Translations under genes and position numbers: made by a program
Assembly (NCBI GenBank): GCA_964199315.1
Contig: OZ116701.1
Location: 30,814,001 to 30,878,000, forward strand
Direction of reading: 5' to 3'
DNA: 64,000 bases
DNA from: Orbicella franksi
Lineage: Eukaryota
In this document: positions 12,601-21,715 of the stretch, one piece after another
Layout of the letters: every line of letters begins with the position of its first letter
How positions within the stretch are numbered: the stretch's first letter is position 1
The notes under the pieces: model-generated
Seen by the model: the letters and a program-made list of their open reading frames with translations, nothing else
What the model was told of the DNA's origin: nothing
Databases searched by the model: none

Positions 12601-15452
12601 TGTTTCTCCTCAATGGGGTGAGTTGCATATTTAGAATACGCTGCAAGTCAATACGGTAACTACCTCAATGTCATAAATTCGACTGACATGAATCCTGGGA
12701 AGACTCGTAGATATTTTTCAATCTGTAGAAAAAGTTTCAAAAATATAATATATACAGTCGAAGTTCTGCATGGGTGCTGCTTCAAAGGGGCAGTAAGCAA
12801 GATAGAAACTAAACCAATAGTAAGAGCACAGTAAGAACGCATTTCCCATAAAGGGGCACCAATGGATACTCCACAATGTCCCTACATGGGAGGTTCGTCT
12901 GTAGTACGAATGGTAAATAGCTGTAGCAACTATAGTCATCTTCTGATACTATCTTCTCAATACCATCGTTCATTTAAGTACAAAATAGAATGACGATATA
13001 GCCGGAGACATAAAATTCGAAGGTTTCCGAACGCTTACGAACATTACCCGAGTACCTCTGAAGAATTCCTAATATCGCCCGAGCTCACCCGAACATTATG
13101 ACCGATTTCCGAATATTACCCGAGCAGTTCCCAAATTTTCTTAAAATCATCCGAAGATTGCCGAAAATCACTCGAAGATATTCGAAGATTATTCAACGTC
13201 ATCATAGGTTTCGGGCACGCTTTCAGAAGTTTCGGAATATCTTTGTAAGGTTCTATAAAGTCTTTTTTCCAAGTGTAATATTAACAACTTAGAATCTTGA
13301 CTGACTGACCAACCGACTGACCTGTCTAACACCTTATATACATACTGGCTGACTAGCAGACCGTCACACTAGGTCTGGTCTAACCGTGAATAACTTATCC
13401 ATCGATTGATGGAATAAATGGAAAAAAAAACGCAATAAAAATAAGCTAAAACACAAAGAAGACCCTACCTCTACCAGTGTGTCATCTCTAGTGTCATTAT
13501 GCTCCAGGCTATTTAAATTTGCATGATTTTTAGTAAAAAAACGTCCATCAAACATCCACCATACCAAAAAATAGTATCCTAATAGGAGACAACGTAGTGT
13601 AAGATAAGCAGTCTTTTATAGTTGTGTTTATTTACTTCATTCTCGTCAATTGACAATACAATGGTGTTGGAATTTAATTCAAAGTTTTACCTGGATCACA
13701 GCCGTAGAGTTCAAAGCGCAAGCCAACGTTATCAGCCCAAGTTTGGGGTGAGATAATGATTTCTGACGTCAAAATGGGGAGAGGAATATCGTGATACTTG
13801 ATAGAATTGCTGTCTCTGTTTCCGCGGAAACGCTGGTAAAAGAAAATTAATCAGCAAATAAATTTCAGCAGTTTAGCGAAGGCGACACTTCGACAACTTG
13901 AGAGGAAGTCATAGAAGTTAATAGTAACTGCAATTCTATTACTACTTAACAATTATTCGCCAAAGACGAAGTGAACACTGGTGAATATTCACCGAGACGA
14001 AAATATATTCTTTCAAATATCGTGGACTTGGAGTGATGTCTTTCGAATAAATGAAAACCTCATTCAGCAACTGTCCGCCATGTTTACTTGCCTAGATGGT
14101 AAAGATGGCGAGCTTAGTAACCAAGCTCTAGCGAGGTGAATATAGCGTCATATGATGAGCTTTTAGACCAATCAGAATGTCTAATTCTTATATTCACCTC
14201 TGGAAATTATACTAAATGTGCATAGGATTGTGCCTATCATATGAACTAGAAAAACACCTACATTTTCCCTTTCTTAAGGGGACTTTTGATTCACGACTGA
14301 TTCTTTAGTCTTTGCTATTAACATCTGCGATAAAAGCGACAGATCTAGCTTTACAGAGAGATATTCTTTAGGCTGTAACCCACCTTGGGACCTCCCTGCA
14401 TGGTTTTTATCTGCACAAAATCTCTCAATTTAGTCCTATACATGACGCTGTAACTTTTGACCCACTCCATCACGGCCGTATCTCCATACCCCTGAGTTGC
14501 TAATCCAGTGATGACCTTCTCAGTTACCAGATTAACCTTGATCCAACTCGAGTTTAGCTCTGCTGGATTAGCCCTGTATCCGGGGGGCCACGATCCCAAG
14601 TTTAGCCGTGCTCTGTGAGGCCCATACGTAGCAAAGTCATGGTTGAAGGAGCTGGATGCTGTTATCTGGTAGTCTTTAATTAGCTGGCTTTCCATACCCA
14701 AAGACCCGTCACAACTCTCTTCAATGGCATCAACAAAACATTAAGTTAACTTGTCGTGCCGTCAAATGCACTAAGAAACCGGGTTTTTTTCTTCAATGTT
14801 GTTATTATCATTATGTAGTAAGAACAAACTTGAATAGGAAATGACTTAAAAAGGAAAACAAATTAAATCTGCCTTGAATTAATTAGTACGATCCGTATCA
14901 CCCCACCCAGCGATGTATACAAATATATTCCACAAAGAATGACTCATAAATAGATTTCAGGATAAAAAGTAGCGATATTAAAACATGACGTTTCGGCGAC
15001 GACATATGTCACCATTATCAAATGTAAATTATTGTTACTCCAGTAAAGTTACTGAACTTACAATTAATAATTTACATTTGATAAAGGTGACATGTCGTCG
15101 CCGAAACGTCGTGTCAGTTTAATATCGCTCAGGCTCGTTATCCTGAAATGTTTTTCCAAATCCTTCGTTATCAGATTATCACTGAGATATTTATTTTCGC
15201 CAACGCTCAGATACAGTAGAATCGATTAAACGAATTACAGGTGTACATGCTGGAAATCAACAAGCAGAGAATAGTGCTTTTAAGCCGTTAGCGATGTGTT
15301 TTAAAAATACTCATTACAAGGATAATTATACAGATCATATTAAATTTCTTACCTTTGCAGGCATCGGGGAGGGACTTTGATAAACCGCGGTAGAAAAAGA
15401 CGCACAGAAACCAGATTAAAGATTGAAACAAGATGAATTTGCAGCTCCTCAT
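419..15452 (-). CDS. Gene B: second polycystin-1-family (PKD1L/REJ-like) gene; 5' part only, 15 exons, 1336 codons in the window
   Basis: Exons: 15353-15452, 14384-14718, 13691-13832, 13469-13578, 12664-12722, 12006-12142, 10365-11076, 9209-9658, 8185-8347, 6999-7178, 6389-6514, 5168-5395, 4299-4559, 2247-3017, 419-652. All are GT-AG and phase-compatible, giving 4008 nt of open frame. They are collinear with gene A. PLAT and channel exons would lie beyond the left edge. Confidence 0.92.
1412..1597. repeat. Long palindromic (foldback) element
   Basis: AAGCAATAGACCACAAGTTTTTATGGTTT...AAACCATAAAAACTTGTGGTCTATTGCTT, with arms of about 85 nt around a short loop. Confidence 0.85.
1797..1925. repeat. 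Palindromic element
   Basis: CCGTGTTTCTATCGAGTTATAGAAACACGA.TGAAAGTTTGG...CCAAACTTTCA.TCGTGTTTCTATAACTCGGTAGAAACACGG. Confidence 0.8.
2247..7178 (-). CDS. Gene B GAIN-region exons (6999-7178, 6389-6514, 5168-5395, 4299-4559, 2247-3017)
   Basis: Phase-0 exons matching gene A (126 nt vs 126 nt; LSMVLDRQ; FESNPFLW; CLYWSKEKQQWTNDGC). Confidence 0.9.
3714..3889 (+). repeat. 18-bp minisatellite, about 10 copies
   Basis: Consensus TAAATTTCGTCTAAGTCG. Confidence 0.9.
4565..4855 (+). repeat. Degenerate (GATAAC/GACGAT)-type tri-/hexanucleotide repeat
   Basis: It abuts the acceptor of gene B exon 4299-4559 and generates several spurious ORFs. Confidence 0.85.
6058..6250. repeat. Diverged copy of the 30765 foldback family
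   Basis: AAACAAATAGATTCCAGGTTGCCGTGCGTC...GACGCACTGCAACATGGAATCTAC. Confidence 0.8.
7428..7521 (+). repeat. (ACCAT)n pentanucleotide microsatellite
   Basis: About 18 near-perfect units. Confidence 0.95.
7620..7910 (+). repeat. Degenerate (ATTGT/ATTGC/ACTGT)n pentanucleotide satellite
   Basis: Direct reading; it is the source of the YCIVL-type ORFs. Confidence 0.95.
8185..11076 (-). CDS. Gene B REJ domain (10365-11076, 9209-9658, 8185-8347)
   Basis: CFYPQVNI...VTLDASSSYDPN...FSWYCK; CTINCG...TNSPPS...FNVTCYGWEDEDLPL; GLPQGNQSENY...ISDSLG. Confidence 0.93.
11316..11828. mobile_element. 513-bp non-autonomous TIR element with a 6-bp target-site duplication
   Basis: TIRs GAGAGGGGTGAATAGG / GAGGAGGGTGAATAGG (14/16 match), ATAAAA flanking both sides, and subterminal AATCCG/GATCC repeats. 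Confidence 0.75.
12006..13578 (-). CDS. Gene B SEA-like domain (13469-13578, 12664-12722, 12006-12142)
   Basis: GYFLVWWMFDGRFFTKNHANLNSLEHNDTRDDTLVE / IEKYLRVFPGFMSVEFMTL / SPHRSSFGYTVLTAEM... It aligns with the gene A exons and has the same phases. Confidence 0.7.
12221..12345 (+). repeat. 20-bp minisatellite, 6 copies
   Basis: Consensus AGGGGATGATTGCGTGCGTT. Confidence 0.9.
13020..13240 (+). repeat. Degenerate CCGAA/CGAAGA-rich tandem repeat
   Basis: Recurrent CCGAA, CCGAG and CGAAGAT units at roughly 10-nt spacing. Confidence 0.6.
13691..14718 (-). CDS. Gene B F5/8 type C domain (14384-14718, 13691-13832)
   Basis: SCDGSLGMESQLIKDYQITASSS...GPHRARLN...ITGLATQG; RFRGNRDSNSIKYH...LRFELYGC. 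The second exon is 142 nt, the same length as in gene A. Confidence 0.95.
14955..15148. ncRNA. Inverted pair of Penelope-type minimal hammerhead ribozyme motifs (14983-15025 minus; 15074-15114 plus)
   Basis: Each arm reads ACAT-TTGATAA-N-GGTGAC-loop-GTCGCC-GAAAC-GTC-(A/G)TGT. This gives a U3-A8 core variant, a 6-bp stem II, a palindromic ACGT stem III, a GUC cleavage triplet and a 4-bp stem I. Confidence 0.65.
15353..15452 (-). CDS. Gene B first coding exon, signal peptide (MRSCKFILFQSLIWFLCVFFYRGLSKSLPDACK)
   Basis: Acceptor at 15456 just before the ATG, a hydrophobic core, and a strong phase-1 donor G|GTAAGA. Confidence 0.85.
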
Positions 15453-17403
15453 CACCTGCGAACAGTGTAAGAGTAGTTTAGAGATTTTTGTGCCTCGAAG
15501 ATATCTTACTCTTATTTAGTTTTAAGTCTACGCGATTTTCCCATCAACAGGAAAACCAAGAGATATTAAAATTTAAGTGAGCTTAGCAAATAATTGGACG
15601 TGGCATCGTCTTAGTTCGTATAAAGTTGTCAAACTGTTAAATTTTCAGTCAATACAAGCACCAGCAAGCTGCCCTTAGATGAAAGATTTTAAAATACGGG
15701 GTTGATAGTACAATTTTAACCGATGTTTGCCTCTTGGAAAGAAAAACCGAGCCCTGAATTATTGTTTTAACTTGCCACTTATACCAACAGCAAAGATATA
15801 AATGCCATTCTCTTTGCCAAGACACAAGAGCAATAATTTGAATATTCAATACCACCGGGACGATGCTTTGGATGAGATACTAACAAAATAGAACACATTA
15901 TTGCTTTTTTAAAAAAAACTATGCATTGTTACTGCCATTTGTTTAGCATAACAAAAGTAGCTTACCGTCATTCTTAACGTCGTTTTAGCTGTCTACATTA
16001 TTGAGGTCAGCACACAGAATAAAACTCACAAACGTGTTTGATTCCCAGAGTTTCAATTGACTGGGCTGGGTTTAAACCAGTTATCATGAAAATGACAACT
16101 CTGTTTTGAAAAGTCGCCCAATGTGTTTTACTCATGATAAATAAATAATCCATTTATGAAAAAAACAATTTTTTGAGGATTAACAAAACTGATTACGAAA
16201 GAGACGTTCCACGCTAATACATTTTCATGTTGTATAGAAAATTTATTTTTCATGCAGGTAAAGTTATGAAATGATTCGGACCTAGATGAGGTCGCCATTT
16301 TAAAAGGCATTTCACAGAAAGACGAAACATGATAATTGTTTAGAGAGGAAATCTTGGCTTTTCCTTTGCTGCCACTAACACAAACTTACCTTGAATATTA
16401 TATTTTGTATACTTATCATATCATTCCGTATTAATTAGTAAATATCAAGGCGAACCTCCAGACAAAACCAAAAGTTCGGCTTTTTTTTTTTTCTTTAACC
16501 ACGACTTTTTTGTGAACTATGAAAAAACTATTGTTTAAAAATTTGAGGAATTTTAAATTTTTGTGAACTGGGAACGTTTGAAATGCCACGCGATCGAGGC
16601 AGGAGTGAATAATGGCACGAACAGTTCTCGCAAAATAGAGAACTCTCAATACGAGCACGGCAGTAAAGAAAAACCGAAGCTTAGACTGATTTGATTTCTG
16701 CACAATTTGTTATCTATCCGTGGATGATTTCTCTAGCAACACCTATTCTTAAAGGGAATAAGTTTTGTTTATTTTTTTTAGCCGTTTGAAAAATACACCT
16801 GCCTCGACATCATTCTCGATTCAAATTTTAAATGATGTGAGAGATTTTTCGTAGATCTTGACAAATATAACGAAGTTTGTAGTTGTACTAGGTGTCTGTC
16901 ATCTATAAATAGCTAGTTCCGTGACCATTGGAAATTATGCGAGCGAAACGAAAAACTGTGGTGGCCATTTTGACAAACTAAGCCATTCGTGGGCGACAGA
17001 ACGAAAACGTAGGTTTTGTCTTTACGTTTAAAATCATTTATTTATGCCTTTCCCCCTACTGCAGTCAATAATAACCTTGAAATTACTTAAGGGTTGCACT
17101 GACTGAGTTTGTTTGCTTATAATCTCATTGGCCGAGATATTGAGAATCCTGACAGAGGACCAATTGACCAACTTGTTTTGTTTCAATAAATAGACCCCTA
17201 TTGTAAACTATTTTGATGTTTATTAATTAGGGTGCAGCTACAATGACCAGGGTTGCTAAATAAAGTTGACTAATCAGATTACAGAATACAGTTTCATAGA
17301 TACATGCATGATGCAGAAAGATGTTGTCTTGAGTCACCCAAAGTACGTTTCATTGTTTCACTTCTTTGCAAAAAGTGCACCGATAAAGATGTCCATAATT
17401 TAG

Positions 17404-17622
17404 AGGGGCTCAGTCACGTTACTTTGAGTTATTTTGGCCACATGCAAAATTACCTTTAAATGGCAGGAAACCTGAAAATAAAACCACCAAAGTGATACTG
17501 ATGATAAACCATAAAGGAGCAAGGATGCCTAAGGATGGAGAAAATTAACACGGATTACAAACGACGAATTTGAAAAATTGAGCCTAAACTTTTCAATATG
17601 CGCAAACCATGACTGAGCTCCT
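17404..17622. mobile_element. 219-bp MITE, Kolobok-like
   Basis: TIR AGGGGCTCAGTCA / TGACTGAGCTCCT with TTAG and TTAA flanks (a TTAA target with one mismatch). Confidence 0.6.
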
Positions 17623-18186
17623 TTAAGGAAATTGATGGTCCGTTTCGATAGCTTGCTTTTATAAAGTTTCGTAACTTTTTTTTAAGTTCAGCCTAAGGTG
17701 GCTGAACACAGTTTTTGATAGCTGTATTTCATTCACCTTTTTCTCTAAAACCCTTGATCATTTGGTCGCCAAAAATGGCAACATGTAAGTTAGCAACACA
17801 AACTTCGAATTTTTGATAGTTTAGCTGACGTGTGTGTCGTTACCATGGCAACATGAATAAATATAAACAGGCCTTGAAAATAGATTTTGCTATTTGCAGA
17901 AAATCTAGTCATTAGATTTTCTTTATCATTTGCATGCAACAAGCTTGTAACGATGCTCACAAGTTAACAATATTTTAATAATAGTTCAACAGAGAGATCT
18001 TGTAGAAGGTTGACTTGAATATCTAGAATTTCCTCAGTTAAATTCCTTTTTTTTTTCAATAGTCCAGTTACGTATTTGTTAAAGTATTTTCGTGCCAAAT
18101 TTCGTGAAATTCTAATGCGTGGTTTTTGAGAAATAGGCGTATTTCCGAGAAGGCCATATTCCGCATTCAATCGCAAATTTTTGACT

Positions 18187-19219
18187 TAGGGGCCAAACCA
18201 CCCCCCTAATATTTCATGAAGGCTATATTTGCTTGGTTTATATATTTCTGAACCAAGTTTGGCAGATGAGCTTTCTTTGTTCTCCAGTTTATTTTAATTT
18301 GAAAGTTGTGACAAAATGTCAGATTATGACGTCATAATTGATGACGTGACCAAAACGTGCTATAATTTTTTGTAAAATCTGATGCAAAGATTATGTCATT
18401 GGAAAGGCCTTGACTTGAGGAGTAAAATGCCGGAAACCGTTTTTTGCTATGATGATTATGTTTTGAGATATGGTAAATTAAATATTTTTTTGTTGTCTCC
18501 CCCGGAATTTGCTTAACCATACTGTCCTTCTTAAGTCAGTCTCTCTGGTTTATTTTTTTCAGTTTTATTCTAGGGAGGCCAACAATCTAGAAAAATAGAA
18601 AGCTTGATGTCGTCAAAAATCGTATTGTTTTAGAAATTTGATTTTCGGCTCTGTTAGGATGGTATTAACAGTAAAAAGACGGGTGACGTCACAGGCTATG
18701 ATGTAGCAAAACTAATTTTAACGCAATAACACTAGAGGGATAATTTTTTATTCCGATTTTCTTCTTTATTTTTGCTTCAGTCATCTGGCACATCACATGT
18801 GCAACATAGCTGCATTTGCTGGAACAAAATTACGGCTCCAATTTGGGGATTTTTCTCAAGGGGGGGACCCCATATTTTGCAGAGTTATTTTTCATATTTA
18901 AAAATGCCATATTTCATTCAATTTTTGTGATATGGACAAAATTTTTTCAGGTTTCAGCTCCCCTTGATGTGCTCTTTCGAACACATTGCAAAAAATATGC
19001 ATATTAAAAATTTCAAAAGTGGCAAAAAACATGATGTCATCACTGTGACGTCACAACTTTGACATTTACTGACATTTTTCACGCAAATATAATTGGCAAT
19101 AGGGCTCCTGCCCATCTGCCAAGTTTGGTGTAGAAAGAGTCAATACTTTTTAAGTAATGCGAAATAATGTGAAATACCCAAGAACTGGCGAGACATTTGG
19201 GGGGGTGGTTTGGCCCCTA
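18187..19219. mobile_element. Non-autonomous DNA element of about 1 kb with G-rich TIRs
   Basis: TAGGGGCCAAACCACCCCCC at the left end and GGGGGGTGGTTTGGCCCCTA at the right end. No coding capacity; superfamily not assigned. Confidence 0.65.
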
Positions 19220-20345
19220 CGTGACTTACGAATGCGCTGCTTTTCACTGGCTTCTTTCGGTAACAAAGCAAAATCTGAGAATTGCAATTGCTGGGTTCTT
19301 TGTATCGATATTGTTACCTTTTCTAGCATACCTTTCTAATAAAATACTAAAGCCATAAATACACTGTGTTCAATTGTGAAGAAAAATAACACAGATAGCG
19401 AGGGAATTGACGAAATAAAACGATCACTGTATCGATGCCATGTTTTTCTTTTTGTAATCCTTGTACGCGCGTTGAATCGCATTAGCAAGAGAGCGCACGA
19501 AAATCGTGTTCGGCCACATTAACTGCAGGAAAAACTTTGACCGATTCAGGCACTACAAGAAAGACAGTGTCTCTTTTACTGAAATGAAAGGTTATGTTGT
19601 CATGCATGCATTTTATTGAAAACATTTTTAATTAGAGGGAGATGTTGCAAGTAAAAGCTAATCTTATTAATCTTCTTGGACAGCGCAAGGTGTATGTCTT
19701 GGAAATAAATGTGTCTTTCGGATAAAGACAGGTTATTAGATATCTATCTCCTAAAACTATAAAATTAGCTGATTCAAATATGGAAACCTCAGAGTGAAGA
19801 GATCATATGGTGTGTTTGTTAAAAAATATGTAAAAAAAAATGTTTTAAGGTTTCTAGAACTCCTCAGTAATTATGTTCAAAATGCTTTAACATTAGATCT
19901 TACGTAGTTTTCCGCTCATCTTGTGTAAAACAGAATGCCGTCCACTCCTTCTCAACGTTGAATCACCATACTATGGTTGTTGCTTATTTCGCTAATTTAT
20001 AAACACCAGACAAAGCAAAACGTCTGTACCGGGCTTAGGGACGTTCGCAGGAAAATGTTTTACTCGATAGATTTTCTTCAAACTTCGAATGTAAACAGAT
20101 AATGAATTACTGGTTTCAGAAATAAAAAAAATTGGGGGTCACGGGCTTCGTTTCAGGGAAACTTGTCTGTTTTTGAAAAATTGGCTCGCGTAAATCAGCA
20201 TGGTCTCCAGAGTTTTTAGCTTTAAATATCAAAGATGAAACAACGGAGAGAAACTATCCTAGTAAAATTTTATATAAGTGAATTCGTTGCGTTAATATTT
20301 CCAAATGTTGCCAACGTTTTCACAAAACTTAACCCTTCAAGAGTC

Positions 20346-20392
<47 letters not shown>

Positions 20393-21150
20393 AACTTTAT
20401 TTAAGTGTCAATGTATTTAGCCCTGTGGGCTAATCGGGGACACCGCATTAACTCTACCTAAAAATTTTCATTAACAGTATTATAAGATTCTCTTAAAAAA
20501 TTAAAATTGAAATATTGGCAAACATTGAAAGGAAATAGAAGAGTATATGTTGTCCTAAGAAACGGCTTAATTATAATGTTATATTAATTAAAGTTTAACA
20601 TTCTAAAATTCTATATTAATGTGCATTTAAAATTCTAAAAATTCGTCCTTTCTTCTCAATTGATGGGCGAGGCCTCTTATTTCGGGCGAAAAAATTTACT
20701 GGCTGCACAGGTTGCAGCAATTGCTGTTGTTACTTAGATAACCCGAAAGGTCCAATTTTCTTATTTTATTTCTGAACGTTGCTACATTTGGCGATTCTTT
20801 CAAGCCTTTTGGAAGCTTTGACCATACAATAGGACCCATGTATCTAATAGAATGTTTGCCATAGCGTATAGTATTAAAGCGGGGTACAGCAAAATCATAA
20901 TTCCCGAGCGCATGAGTGGGATTTGTCCGTGCGAATGAACAGATAAGAAATACAAGTTGGTGTTAACCAGTAATTAACCTTGTACATCAGCACTGCAGTA
21001 TCCTGGAGACATCTATTGTATAGCCTTGGCAATTTAGCACGACTCCGTCCTACTAGTTCTTCGTATGACTCAAACCGCCGCACAGATAAACGAAGAGCTA
21101 AAAAGAACGGATTTCGATGGTGCATTTTTCAAAAGATTCTAACCTCTAAC
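20346..21150 (-). mobile_element. 5'-truncated LINE (CR1/L2-group) 3' fragment with (TTAC)n tail
   Basis: Degraded ORF2 C-terminus: SYEELVGRSRAKLPRLYNRCLQDTAVLMYKV...DFAVPRFNTIRYGKHSIRYMGPIVWSKLP...FRNKI...CCNLC*. It is followed by a 3' stem-loop (GTGTC..TTAGCCC-ACA-GGGCTAA..GACAC), AATAAA and a tetranucleotide tail. Confidence 0.85.
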
Positions 21151-21670
21151 AAATAGATTTTCTTCATTTTTTTGCTAAACGTACAAGATCGTTAAATCCA
21201 GGCAAAGCTATAAGCTTATTACTTAGCGCGCGCTTGATGCATAACGTGGCGTGTGAATTTGCGTGCTAGTAAGGATGCGCAGACACAATTAGCGCGAACG
21301 TACTTACTACTAAACAATTATTGGATGAAGTTTTTGTGATATTCGGAATTATTATACATTGTAGTCACCATCTGTCTTCTCATTGGCTAAAAGCCTACAG
21401 TTAATTCTGGGAAACAGCGCAACGTACAGATTATTCACTAATCTGCTAGCAGATTAGTAAATAATTCGTAGGTTGCGCTTTTTCCCGGAATTAACTGTAG
21501 GCTTTTAGCCAATGAGGAGACAGATGGTGACTACAATGTATAATAAAAGATGTAATCCATTAGAAATGTAGCTTTTTTGTGGACATTAGCGGCGTATAAC
21601 TTTTTTTCTTACCTTTGTTTAATGAGCAGATATGCATCATGTTTGAGAATGAAAAACAGGGATATTAAAA

Positions 21671-21715
21671 TTGAACGGCGTTTCGATAAGTTTATGTCAT
21701 TATCATCAGGTTCAA
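21671..21715 (-). ncRNA. Degenerate minimal hammerhead-like motif
   Basis: The minus strand reads TTGAAC-CTGATGA-TAATGACATAAACTTAT-CGAAAC-GCC-GTTCAA. Stem I is a perfect 6 bp and the core is canonical, but the triplet is GCC and stem II is weak. Confidence 0.45.

Noticed and set aside
12497-12617. Plus-strand exon-like segment (AG|...NG|GTGAGT, open frame) inside a gene B intron
   Set aside because: A single isolated candidate with no partner exons or recognisable product.
12718-12939. Cys/Trp-rich minus-strand ORF (AIYHSYYRR...HWCPF) with an apparent acceptor at 12921
   Set aside because: Its phase-1 entry does not fit the upstream phase-0 donor, and it has no counterpart in gene A. The 59-nt exon 12664-12722 fits instead.
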